From NCBI GenBank assembly GCA_964106915.2, contig OZ066914.1: 64,000 nucleotides of DNA; one strand, 5' to 3'. Within the stretch, counting starts at the first letter, position 1; every line of letters begins with the position of its first letter. Below are positions 11,331 to 24,302 of this stretch, one piece after another. The notes below the pieces were generated by a model. It saw only the letters and a program-made list of their open reading frames with translations. It was not told the DNA's origin and ran no database searches. This DNA is from Podarcis gaigeae. Taxonomy: Eukaryota. The position numbers were made by a program, and so were the translations under genes.

Positions 11331-14300
11331 CTGTAGGGCTCATTTATGAGCTGCATTAAACTGGGAGTGGGGAAGATCCTCGTCTCATTGCCCATTGAAC
11401 GGAGGCCAGAGGAACATGGTGATGGTAATGAGTCGTGAGCTGCTGCCACTCATGTTTGTTCATTTCTTTTCTTACATTTTTATAGGCACTCCATAGCAGG
11501 AGTTATTTGGGCAAGCTCACAAATTAAAACAAACATTAAAATGCAGTATAAAACAGTAATAACCAAAGCAAATTAATTAATCTGAAACACAACTGAAAAG
11601 AACTTTAGTCACAACGCTTTGTCACAGGCATTCATTAGGTGTTGGTGGGTGCATTCTTGAGAGAAGATACTTCAATTTGGTAATTTTTTCATTCTCTGTG
11701 TCTCAGCCTAGCTCCTCACCGGTTTCCCTTGTGTCTGTGTTCAAAGCTTCCCCTATTGTGACAATACTCTCCTATCTAATGTAGGGAGTTGCACTGGAAT
11801 TCTGTCTGGTTTCTTCCTCCCCCGCTTTCCATGTGCCCTGGTGTAGATTACCTGGAATGGCTGGCATTCGCCAATAAAATATATCTTGTGCTTCCCCATT
11901 GCCTGCACTGTTACATAGTTGGAACTTACTGTATGTTGTGGTTCATGGCCATCAGGACCCTCTTACAGAAGTTGCAGGTATGCATTGTGAATGGGACGCT
12001 ATTCCTACCCATTGCGTAAGGGAGAATTATTGCCCACCCACTTTCCCTCTCACAGGTAGGAAGCAGGAAAGACACAGTCTCCAGTTATGGGCATTTGAGT
12101 GTTCTCTGTTGACCCACCCATACACGTTCTTAGTTGTCTGGGCATTCCTTGTCCTTGAAGCCCAGTTATAGCAGTGGAGTTAGGGTTTCTGTTTGGGTGT
12201 GCTGAGGTTTCGTTTGCAGGTTGGAAAGGAGTTCTGAGAAGACAAGTGGGTGATCTTAGTGCTGGCAGAGTTCTCATCTGGCTAATTTTTCTTGACTACT
12301 CAAGTTCTTTAGACATGAGGACCGAATGATGTAGCCCTCTGTCATGTGCAGGCAAAGTTAAACTGTATACAGTAGTAGTATAACATAAATGTAATGTTAG
12401 CACTGTGTCAGCATATATAGTATATAAAATGAATGAATGAATAATAACGGGATTTTGTAGCCATCCTATCCACATCTAGCAGGAGTAATTTGAGAATAGG
12501 ATTAAACTATAAGTAAGAAATATTTTTTCTAAGTTTTTCCAAGTTTAAAGGAAACATCTATTCATATTTGTTAGCTTTTAAAGAAATACGGGATAGTCAT
12601 CATTTGGATATCATGGTCCAAAAGCAATACTCATAGTACTGCTTTTAATTTTAGTGTTCTAGCTTCAACAAAGTAGTGTGAACTCTTGCTTAATTTGATT
12701 TTGCATTTCAGCATTTGAACATTTGTAAGGCTCTTCTATTGTGGCCCATCTGAGTTACCATAGAAACCAGAGACCTTCATCCTTGTTATTAGAAATGGAA
12801 TGCAAACAGGGCATCAAAGCAATGTTTTCCCTGTTTGAATGGCAGCCCTAGACAATCCAAACTTGAACGATTTTTATTGGTTCTTCTTTGTCATGGAATG
12901 TAATATTTAAAGCACCAGGCAGCCCCCCCCTCCCCCAAAAGAGTAAACAGGGCAGAAAGCAAATTTGTGGTATCAATAGCAGTTCCTTTTTGGTGTGTGA
13001 ATGTAACTTGTGGACTGGCCTATTTGCCTTGCACAGAGGGTTTGTTTTATTATCAGCTTAAGGTGTTCTAAGAAAGCTGCTCTGCAAATAAAATGTGGGA
13101 GCAAGTGCTGCTGCTGCAAGTTGAGTGGCTTTGGGTAAAAAATATCCAGTGAAGTGCCTAGTGTATTCTTTTACATAAAAAAGCCTGTTCACTACTTCTC
13201 TTTAAGAACGAGATGTAATTTTAAAAAATGTAATCATTCAGGAGACTATCCATCTGACAGATGTGTTTACAAGATTTTATACAACTTTCCATCCTCTGTA
13301 TATGACTGTGCATTCAGCAGTATTTCAGGGAATATTAATGCCTGGTCTCCATGACAAAGAACCTCTGAAATGCACCACTAAATGCTGACTGACTCAGCTG
13401 CCTTTGTGCCTCAAAATGAATTTCTAATATAGACTAAGAATATGTCTTTCTAAACAACTTGCTCATCAACAAAAAAGCAAGCTCAGTCAGCACCGTCTGT
13501 GAGGATAGGGACATTTTAATGGTGTGTTTATTTGGTGGTTGTGAGTGGAGGAGAGAATAATAATCTAGGGACACTTCACGTATGATGCTTTTTTTAACCA
13601 ACGTCACTTATACATGGGACATGGGCTCAGAACAGAAATCACACCCATGGCAACATTTATTTTCATGAGGTGCCATGAGGTACTTTAATATTAAACTTGC
13701 TGTTTTCCCTAACATTTCTGTCCATTCTTTATTAACTCAGGGTGGTCCTTTAGACACCCATGTGGGTAGACAGAGGTATTAATTCAAATTCCTATGCAAA
13801 TATAGGATCTCTAACCTTGTCTTAGGCAAGTCACTGTGAAACCTTCTTATTTTCCCTCCAGCCCATCCATGCCTTCAAAGACACACATGTTTGCTTAGCA
13901 GTACATTCTCCAAATTTCATTCTTTGGAAACATTTTCCATGTTGATGGATAAATATCTGTAACTAGTGATGTTAGTGAGGAAGGTGTTCTTCTGCACTCC
14001 AAAATTTCGTTGCTAGAGGTTCCTTTGAAGGTACTGTTTATTTCCTCTGCTTTTCCCTAATGGTTTTCAGAATTCACAATTCCAGTGGTTGGCTCTGTGC
14101 TCTATGAAATTCTTAAATACTTGATATTTTTGTTAGGCATTTGGGGTTCTAATCCCCCTCATGTTTTTGTAGTAGTTAATTTCCTTTACAATAAATTATA
14201 CTCTGATATCTCTGAAGTCATGTTTGTTACTGTTTTGTGATGAAGAGGTATGTATTCGTGTATATACAATTGTTATTTAATTTGTTAAAGTGAACGTTTG

Positions 14301-15553
14301 GGGTCCTCAGTATTCTGTTTGGGTTGTAGACACTGGATAACCAATTTAAACACAAAACAGGGCAGTGAACTTCTAGAAAACATTAACTAGTGTGAACACA
14401 AATCTGTGGAAAGTGTAATATAAATAAATACATGCATTAACTGGCTGATAAAGTAGCACAAAGACAATTAGCTCTGAGCTAACTTTTTAAAATCTGGTGG
14501 AACAGAATAAACTCTGCTCCAGTAAGGGGGGGGGGAAGGCTAGTGATTGAAAAACAATAACCCTGCAGTAATACACGAATAAATAGGTAGAACTAATATC
14601 TTCACTTGCTGCAAGCACACAACCTCCCCCAAGAAATTTGGAAGCTCTAAGGGTTATAGGAATTGGAGTTCTGTGGGGGGGTAAACTATGGTTCCCAGAA
14701 TTCTTGAGGGGAAGTCATGTACTTTAAATGTATGGTGTGTACTCAACCCAAGAATGAGTCAATCACTAGTGGTTGAGCACAGCAACCACAGAATATTACA
14801 AAACCAGTTATGGACATTTGTATTGTTGCAGTTCACACATTTAAGAAGTGGAGAATTTGTCCACATTTTCCCTGTGGTAAATTGGTTGGCTGTATTTATC
14901 CAGAGTGTACAACGCTTAAAAAACCTCTGATCATATTATGGATTGTTCAGTTCTGTGTTTCTTGTGTTTTGTTTTTCATTTTTGTGTAAGGGGGGACCAG
15001 CAACACTTCATCATTATAAACAAGCATAAGGAAAAATAGTATTCTTGACACAGAGGTAAAACTCCAAGGTAGGCTGTCATTTATATGATCAGTGTTGAAA
15101 AACAGATAGATCTAATGTTTGCTAACCAGTTTTTATTTAGACATTTTTACTGGAAAGGGAAGGGAAATTATATTTTTTTTAAAGTTTTATTTTACATTCT
15201 CATTGGACAGTTATTCTGTAATGTCATGCTTGATTTGCTGAACACTCTTCAGTTGGGAAGATTCCACAATGAAGGGAGAGCACCTCAACGTGCATTTTGA
15301 TATGATGAATAATTTCTCAGTTGTGAAAACCTGCATTTTTGGTAGTTGTTTTCATTTGCTTGAGCTTTATGGAAAGGCAGGGAGAGCTAGCCATTGGCCA
15401 TTACCAAGATCTGGGTGGACTAGACCCAGCTTAGCTCTGCTCGCTTAGGTATTCATGGCAGCACCAATTCAGATGAGGTGGGGGGATGTTTCAGTTTTCC
15501 ATAAAAATTCCATGCCTCTCATTAGGAGACCAAAGAAATAAAAAAATTAAAAA

Positions 15554-15787
15554 ATTGTCCAGTAGCACCTTAGAGACCAACTAAGTTTGTTTTGAGTATA
15601 AGCTTTCATACTCATGCGCACTTCTTCAGATAAATGGTGTCTTCAGATGGTATTTGAAGAAGTGTGCATGCACACGAAAGCTTATACCCAAAACAAACTT
15701 AGTTGGTCTCTAAGGTGCTACTGGACAATGTTTTAAATTTATTTATTTATTTCGTCTGCTTCAGACCAACACGGCTATGTACCTGAA
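15554..15787 (+). mobile_element. Penelope-like element remnant with inverted pseudo-LTR arms
   Basis: 79-bp arms at 15554-15632 and 15651-15729; GAAGAAGTGTGCATGCACACGAAAGCT motif; CAGACCAACACGGCTA tail shared with the copy at 54291. Confidence 0.8.
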
Positions 15788-15986
15788 TTAGGAAACCAGT
15801 CTGCCTAGGAGCTGGGTTTGAGGCTCTGAACCTGGTGTTGAGCATTACAGACAGAACAGGGATGCTGTTGGTTTCCCTCTGCCCAGTAAGCTCTCTGACT
15901 TGAGAGTGAGAGTGGTCTGTCATGTGGACTTGGAGAACTCCAGGACAGTGGTTCTGGGGGACTCTAACATTCATGCTGGGCTTGCA

Positions 15987-16053
15987 TAATAATAATAATG
16001 ATGATGATGATGATGATAGCAGCAGCAGCAACAACAACAACAATAAATAATAA
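15987..16053. repeat. Compound trinucleotide microsatellite (AAT)(GAT)(GCA)(CAA)
   Basis: Read directly from the sequence. Confidence 0.9.
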
Positions 16054-18505
16054 TTATCAATATCTTTATTGTTAAGTAAAAGAACTTTTTGGCTTGTGCT
16101 TAAGTCTGAAATATTAAAGTGCTTTGGTTTTTGTTGTTACACGTACTGGTCTTGTAGACTCCATAAAGACTTATCAGATGTGGACAGTTGGTGTTCTTGG
16201 TATGAAAGCACAGGGGAGCTCTCATGTAGAAGGTTAATGGAGTGTAATTATAAAGAAAAATGGACTGTTTGCCCACTCTGTCTCACTATACCTGCTCTGA
16301 GAGTGACAAGTACTTGATCTTGTGTAAACCCTAGAGCAGAGGTTCAACTGTCTAAAATTACGACAGTGTAGCTGTCAGACGACCACATTATGAGATATGT
16401 GTGAACTTGGTAGGAAGGTTTTCATTCCATTTCGTAGGGCCTCCTTTTACAAAAGGCATTCTTAGAAAGCTCCTGTAAAATATAGTAGTTCTTCTAATTT
16501 CTTCTCATTCTCTCCCCTCACCTTCCAAAAATGTTCTGCTTATCTCATATTATACTTGTTTCTTTTACATGGTAAAAGTTTGTGATAGTGTGTACATAGT
16601 CAGTCATTCTCATATTTAAAAAATCACTTTTGAATTTGGGATTCCTTATACTAGAAGGTTGAGGAATCATTGGGGTGTGTATTCACTCCTGCCAGTATTT
16701 TTTTAACTCTGTAAGTTTCTTTTATTCTTATTCTTTCATTCTTATAACTATTCTAGAATTTTATCTCTCCAACTATTTAGCCTCCATTTAGTTGTTGATT
16801 AGTCCTTGTACCGATAGCTTTCCTTAACCTGAATTCACCTCACCAAAATTAGTTTTTTGCAGAATGTCATGATTTAGTCATATATCTGGCAATGCTTTTC
16901 CACCCTAAAACAAACAGCCAAATCATTTCAGCCTGCTGATAAGATAGGTTCTTTCAGCCCGTGACTTTTTTAAAAATAAGTTTAACTTCAGCTTTCTCGA
17001 ACACAGATGAACAGTGGCAGAGCATTCCCTGCCAGAGCCCAGGGCGGCATGGCACACTATGGGGGCTGGCGAGACCATGGGCCAAAGCAGCGCTGGGCGG
17101 CATTGAGAAGGACACAACAGTTGATGATGGGGCAGGGCACCTTGGTGCACTCCCCAAAAAACTGTGCCTGGGGCAATGGCCCCCCTCAGTCCCCCCATTC
17201 TACACCCCTGCAGATGACCATAACTGGACAGAGTATTTCAGATGATACCTTATTAGATTATGCTTGGGTGATGGTTTTAATCTTTGTCCAACTTCCTGGA
17301 GGTGCTCTCTGTAGTAGGTCAAGTTGGTTGGAGTTTTGGGTAATTATTGTGCGAGTCAGAAAGAGACTTGGTGTACAAGTTTTGGCCACTCTTGAAATTG
17401 AGACTTCAAGTGACCACGACTGCAAAGCAATTTGTTTTGCTAAGTCTGTACTAAACATTTATGTGGTGATAAGTATTATTGCCATCTCATCAGCTAAATA
17501 GCATAATGTTAAATAGTCAGATCAATTCCCTCTCAAGAAAATGAACATGTGGGGCTAATTTCAAGAGATTTTGTGTGGAAGTTTAAGGCAGGACATGTAC
17601 CACATCAGTTGGAGAGTCCATGACTGAGTATCTCAGGACCATAAGTCAACAGATCTGTCAGGACCTAAATCAGGATACAGCAAGCCAAGAATTTTCTTTT
17701 TTGTTCAGTTCATTCATGAGAAATTACACTAAAAATATTGTAACTAGTTCGCTGCTTAAAGAAAACCATCATTCTATCCTACTTAAACCTTCTTGTTTTT
17801 ATATTGCCTCATATTAGACACAAAATTTTTACCCAGTATTTGTTTCCTGTTTGCACAAGGAGTCTGTAATTGCAATGCTACTTGGTTCTTTGCGAGCCCA
17901 GGCATAGTGAGCCCAGGTTCACTGGGGACTGGTGGTGTGAGAGTACAAAAAGGACATGACAACATCTTGGGATTAAAAATGGCCTAAAGTTTATTGATTA
18001 CAGATTCTAGTAGGCTTTGGCTTAGGCACTGGGTATGTATCCTGAATCGGTCTGACTGATTGTCTCATTAGGGTTGATCCTGTGTTAAAGCCCCCCGCCC
18101 CCATGACACAGATCAAATAGGGTAGACCCACCTGGCCACCACTGGGGAAATTTTATGGCCTGTTAGCCCCCATCTGGGCCTTCAAACAACCCCCCCCCCC
18201 ATGAGCCCATATACCAGGGCACCCTCAGGTCCATCTCCAAAACCACACCCAGCAGACTGACATACCATTTTTGGTGGGACATACCAGACGCCCCCACGAC
18301 CAGCCGAGGCTGTTAGCGTTGCTTCCGGTTGTGCAGGAGAGGACCCCCATATCCCCAAGTAATGTTGGACTTCCAAGTTTATTTGAAATGAGGGCTTTCT
18401 GAGCTCACAGTGCTTTCACAAATGGAAGTGAAGCAATGAATAACTGGCTTGTGGAGTGCCTATATATAGATAAACCTGGTATTTGGGCAGTTCAGGTTGG
18501 AACAT

Positions 18506-18632
18506 TAGGCCAGCCTTCCACAACTTTGTGCCCTCTAAATGTGTTGAACTACAATTGCCATCATCTCTGACCAAGGCTGGCTGGGGTTTATGGGATAGGG
18601 AGTCCAGCAACTTCTGGAGGGGCAGCAGGCTA
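18506..18632. mobile_element. Non-autonomous hAT-like palindromic MITE
   Basis: CCCTCTAAATGTGTTGAACTACAATT ... GAGTCCAGCAACTTCTGGAGGG quasi-palindrome; related to the copies at about 29602 and 43609. Confidence 0.55.
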
Positions 18633-21600
18633 TTTCTGTGTCTTCAGTTGTGGTTGCCAAGGGACAGTTGCTGCTTACCATTAGCAGTCAGATATGTTTC
18701 ATATTTATACTGTAGTTTTTTTGCAGTTAGCATCATCTTGTAATGACTTTTGTACACAAAGGAACAATTAAAAGATGCACTTATCTATACTGTTTTGTGC
18801 TTACGGGGTGTTTCAAAAGAGTTGCTTGGACTTTAGATATTTAAAATATGTAGACTTTAGAAACATGTGTGTGCAATTATGCATAGACTAGGAGCTGTTG
18901 ATTTTGATCTTGAATCTCCTGTACATTTAACAGCAGAAAGTGTGTTCACAAAGCGGATACAGTTCTGGCAGCTTTATCCTCAAGAATGTTGTTGAACAAA
19001 ATGTACTCTTAGCTTGATTTAAGGTAGCTTTGACAATGAAATGAAGCAAATGACATATGTCCAAGGACATGAGGTTTTCTAATATTCATGTAATTAGGAA
19101 AAGGGTGTGGTAAAAAGGAGGAAAAAGAATGTGCAAGCAATACAGTGTATGTGGAGAAAATGAACATAATGATTACTGCTGATTCAAGGAGCATTGTCAG
19201 TCACATGGTCCCCAAAATGCACAACCAGTTTGTGCCAACAAAGTATCCTTCAGAAGTGTATAATCTCATATGTTTTAATAAAAGCTGCTTAATTGTGTTA
19301 CTTGTCCATAATTGCACTCCGTTCCCTAGCCTGGTCTCATGGCTTAGCTGCTTTGATGACACGATGGCAGTTGAAGATGGATTAGTGGTATTGGGCTCCG
19401 ATGTAATGATGGCCGTAGTCCATGACAGTAGCAGCTGGTGCTTCCACACAGGTACACCAGTCATAACAAGCCAACATGGCACAATGGGCCAATGGAAAAG
19501 GTCTGGTGCATCAAAGAATGGAGCCCACATAAAATGTTAAGTTCACTTCAGTTTTGCTGCTATTCTATGTGTTCATAAGTCCTCAGCCAGCAAGCAATGC
19601 GACCTGTATGTGGTATCAGACCACCACAGGTCAACACAATGCAGACTGCAACTGCATTGAAGTAACCTAAGCACAGTGCAGGCACCTCAAGAAAGGGAGT
19701 TAAGTTACATATTATATGCATTGTGTGATGGAGGAAATAAATAGGTTGAATAATATTTTCCTCGAAAGCATTTGCCCATGTTATGCAAAGATCAAACCCA
19801 AGAGAAAGCAGACTACACAACCTTCTCTCACTCATACAGACAGAAGGGATTTCACAGCCATTCTTGCTCCTTCTGGCTCTTTCTCTTAATATCAGGTACC
19901 CTGTTTTTAAGCTTTGAAGGGTATTTGGCTGGCTACCATTTCCTAGAAAGCATGTTTGCTTATAAAATACATACACTTCTTATTAGTGTTTAGTTTTGCA
20001 ATTCTAAAACATAAAACACAGGCAGTCTCTTTAAGCCACTGGCCACCAGTGTAGTGGAGTGTGGCCTGATCCGAGGTAAGTCACAACAGGAGCGCTACGA
20101 CCATGCAAATATACGGCAAAAAATTGAGAAATAGACCCCCAAAAGCATGTTTGGGTTAAAAGTGAGTCCTGGGTCTGAAAAGGTTGAAGATGGCTCCTTT
20201 AAACTGAACAAAGGAACTGTCTTGTAATAAGTTAGGCGAGGGGACAGGAAGTGTCCCTGCATGACAACTTTTCACTCTTTATAAATGAGCAGAGAAACAA
20301 CTTTTCTCCCTCATTTTGTCTGCTCTTCATGCTAGTAGGCAAGTCTTTAGTTCTGTAAAACTAATGAAAGTTTTCAGGTGTTTCATTCCTATTTTCCTCC
20401 ACAGCTTTCCTGGGCTTTGTTTCAGGGCCTGGGGGAGGAAGAGTTGTGAATGTGATATGACTCACTTGACTCCTACTCAACCAAATTCCTGTTCCGATTG
20501 GTTCTCACTTATGATTGCAGCTTGGCGCATGAGTTATGCGAGCTTAGCTTCCCCTTCTTTCCCTGCTGTTTTTGTTTTGTGATAAAGGACACTGAGCAAA
20601 TGAATGCTAGCTCTCTGCTGCTGGCTTCCTTGATTAGGGAACTGGTAGAAAATCACCCTTATCCCCGAACTTCATAAATATAGCTATAGAAAATAAAAAA
20701 GAGGCTGTCTGATCTTGTTCGACACAGTAATGTAGTCTCTGTGATGTTAATAGGTGGAGTCATTGTTTGGCAGGTGTAACTGGTTTCTGTTCTATTACTT
20801 CCTCTACATTTCTCTGCTTTCTGGAAATGTTCCTTTTGTTCCTGTCTCTGCTTGCTGACATAGCATTTTAAATAGCTTGATAACAGACTTGATGTTTCAG
20901 AAAGCAACCTTAAATGACTGATCAATGGTTGAATGCACATATAAACTCAGATATGGAGCAGATTTCTTTGCTTGATGTCAGCTGTCTATATTTCATTTTC
21001 ATGTGTAAGTTTTCAGGTAAAGTAGTCTAATAAATTCAGATAGTGCAACGTGGTTTGATAAACTACAAACCAGTCTTTTAAATAGCCACTTGCTTGGTTG
21101 CCTGATAAGAATCACGAATAGGTAGCCAGACAAGGCACTGACATCCACCTGTCTTGGGAGACAATGGAGGAGTGCGCCTTTTGGGGGCAAAGACCAACTG
21201 TGGGAGGTTGCAGCAACTGATAAGAATCACCCATAGGTAGCCGGGCAAGGAAAATAACATACTTTCAGGCCACCACTGAGCCACAAATGGTCAGCATAAG
21301 TAAATGTGGGGTTCTAAAGTTAGCTAGTGACTGAATTACCTTATTTGCATGTCTGAGATAAGCAGTCATTTCAAAGGACCCAAGTGCCTAGAAATGTCAC
21401 CTAGATAGGTCAGGAGCCATAGAGTTCTAGAACAGATGACAGAAGTCTGGAATATACACCACTGTAAAGTGATGACGGCGGGGGTGGGGTGGGGTGGGAG
21501 AACTTGATAAAAGAATGGACTGAGAAGGCAATGTCTGAGTGGATTGAGTAGGCAATGGCTGAGCAGTTTTAAGAGCTGGCCAATGGCCACCAAAGGGGAT

Positions 21601-22671
21601 TGGGGGGGGGGGGGAGAGAAATCCAAAGAACCTGAAACAGATTCTGCTGTAGCAGAAAACATACGGAGTTAAAATTTGTAGGGAATTGGGTACTCTTAAG
21701 AGTTCAGGGTTATTGCTGTATGAAACACTGAACTACTTTTAAGACAAGAGTGTGGAAACATTTTTTTGCTTGAGAGTGCTCCATTTTCTTACATACAATC
21801 TTTCAGGGACCTCATGCTAGCAGTGGGTGGGGATGAAGCCAAATGTGGGTAGGACACACTCATTCCTTTCTCCGCCCTATCTCTCATTTCCCCCTCCTTA
21901 CTGCCTGCATGAAATTAGCCTGATAGGTTTGTGCAGGATTGAAAACCAGGCAGGTTGCTTGAACTGTGAATGCCCTGGCTGTACCACAGATTCTAGGATG
22001 AACTGTGTAGGAACAATAGTGCATGGGGGATTTCAATTTAAGTGCATGTAACTTCTGGTTTGAGGGCTGTATTATTATTGCTTATCATATTTGATGGTTT
22101 CTGCATCCAGCCATTTGGGGAAAAATGAGTTCTCTAATGGATGTGTGCAGTGTTTAATTTTTTTAAAAGAGTTTTTAAAGTTGCCAATATTTGTTAATCC
22201 ATCTTGAGACGCCTTCTGTAAGTGGGGGAAAGTAACTGGTAGCACTTTGGCCTAATGAACCAGTATATTTTTTTCATTTATTTCCTTGATCTGAAACATG
22301 ACCATACTTTTAGGATCCCTCTTGAATACTCGGAATGCATACTGAGGAGTTCATTAAGTAGCACCCAAGTAGCTCGATGATCCTACAGATATGTGTAACT
22401 GTAGTGCCATAGTTAATTGCTAAATTACATCTTGTTTGAAGTACATGTCTATTCTGCCACTGCTGCCTGTCAGTTACACTTTCATTGTAACAGCTACTGT
22501 ATCACACATAAGGGACAGTGCCGATGCAGTTGGCTTGGACCACCTATATTAATCCTTTGGAAGCCCGACAGTAAATGGATTTATACACTATAAATTAAAA
22601 ACAAGTGTATATAGTGTTTTGCAAGTTAAATAATGTAATGCCTTGTATTTTTGTGTCTGTTTCCATGATAG

Positions 22672-22845
22672 AAAAGAGTGGTTGAACAGCTGCGGAAGAA
22701 TTTGATGGTAAAGCAGGAACAGCCGGACAGTAAGTTTCAAATACAACCATTGGCACAGTCAGAAAATAAAATACAAACTCCACAGCCACTACAGCTACAG
22801 CAGCAGCAAACTACTGCAGCCTCTCCAAACCTGCTTGGATCACAG
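22672..22845 (+). CDS. PHF21A: PHF21A coding exon ([11 protein letters not shown]...SPNLLGSQ), first exon inside the window; upstream exons lie outside
   Basis: AG at 22670-71, GT at 22846; 174 nt, phase 0/0; translation matches the recalled PHF21A N-terminal coiled-coil/Q-rich segment. Confidence 0.95.
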
Positions 22846-24079
22846 GTAAAGTGGTTGAAGGTGTTACACTAATTTTCAAAATGTATTCCTTTCTTAGAAT
22901 GAAATGTATCACTGTATAAAGAAGAGAACACAAAATCAGAGTTAACCTATCATAATCCAGTGCACACTTGCTAGAGAGTAAGTCATATTGAATTCAGTAA
23001 GGCTCAATTCTGAATCAACATGTGTAGTAAGATTGTGCTACAAAGCTATCAGTAGCATTTAAGTGAAACAAGAGCACTTTATGAACTTGAGTCTAAGCAT
23101 GGATCACTCCCTGCTTCCTCAGAAAGCTAAGTCAATTGCTGGATTTTGAAGTAACAGTATTATATGAATCTTGCATGCTTTAGTTTTTATGTTTTTTTTA
23201 GGACCCTCATGATGAACTGATGTGCATCACTGCACATCAGGTTAACCAGGTTGTCTTTAACAGTTAAGGCACAGCTAATCTGTGCTTAGTGTTCTGAGTA
23301 TACACTCTTGCTTTAAGAACTGGATCAGAATCCACCTTGCAGCATTTTCTGTAAGGAAATGGAAAATAATGTGGAATTGTCTTGAGTTTTCTCTTTTTGT
23401 GGAAATGATTGCCTTCAGAAGTTGTTAACTAGGGAACTACAAGTGTCCAGAGATCTTAGTTCAATATGCTTCAGCAGCATGAAACAGAATACCAGAAATA
23501 ATAATATAAAACCAAACAGGCTATAAACAAAGAAATACATAGAAAGGATCCACATAAACTGCTCCCACTGTCTTCTCCCCACAAATACAATAACAGAGAT
23601 TAATGTAGTTGCATCTATAATTGCTGAGGGCATTTGCTGCAATTTAAGTAAGCTTGAATCACATAGTCAGTTTAGAAAGCTAGTTGCTTGAATTAGCAAA
23701 AAAATAAGTTATTTGTGGGTAGACATTTGGCAATCTAGCTTCTGATATATGGCTTAAAATGAGGCAGAGGAGAGTAAACTCTCATCTCAACAGGGAACAA
23801 CTATTCCTCTTTCTGTTCTCAGCATGATAGAGACTATACTCTAGAAACTGGGAAATCTTACTGAAAATGGTGGCCCCTTGTTAAAGAAAACCCTTTCCCA
23901 TCAGTAACATGCCATGACACTGTGTTTCCCTATCAGCAGCAAAATATATGGAGCAGAAGCAAGGAAGTGATGACAGGGTGATGACATCTGGACACATGAT
24001 GTTACAAAGGAGGAGCTTGACATGAGGCATTTGTTTTTGGCATTTATTTCATTTAGTTCTGTTCTTGGAAACTTTGTCT

Positions 24080-24302
24080 GGGGAGCCACAGCTCAGTAGC
24101 AGTGATGCTTTACATACACAAGGTTCCAGAGTCAACCTGTGGCATTTCCAAGTTAGGGTTGGGAAAGACTCCTGCCTGGAAATCTCTGGCATCTCCAAGT
24201 TAGGATCAGGAGAGACTACTAACTGGATTGCTTGAAAAATCACTGCTAGTTAGTGCAAATGCTAAGCTAAGTGCACTAGTGGTCTGACTTCATGTAAGGC
24301 AG
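24080..24302 (+). mobile_element. Degraded Squam2-like tRNA SINE with an internal duplication
   Basis: AGCTCAGTAG head; TGGCAT(T/C)TCCAAGTTAGG occurs twice; TGGTCTGACT...TAAGGCAG 3' end. Confidence 0.6.

Noticed and set aside
13486-13510. TCAGCACC as a REST/RE1 site (attractive because PHF21A belongs to the CoREST complex)
   Set aside because: The right half-site GGACAG is absent at the canonical spacing
1-22671. Dozens of 60-160 aa ORFs, e.g. 17007..17501 and 19145..19540
   Set aside because: Random intronic ORFs with no recognisable domains or splice support; the upstream PHF21A exons were not found in the window
23217-23240. Perfect 10-bp hairpin CTGATGTGCA-TCAC-TGCACATCAG
   Set aside because: A stem of this length is plausible by chance in 64 kb and no RNA family is recognisable
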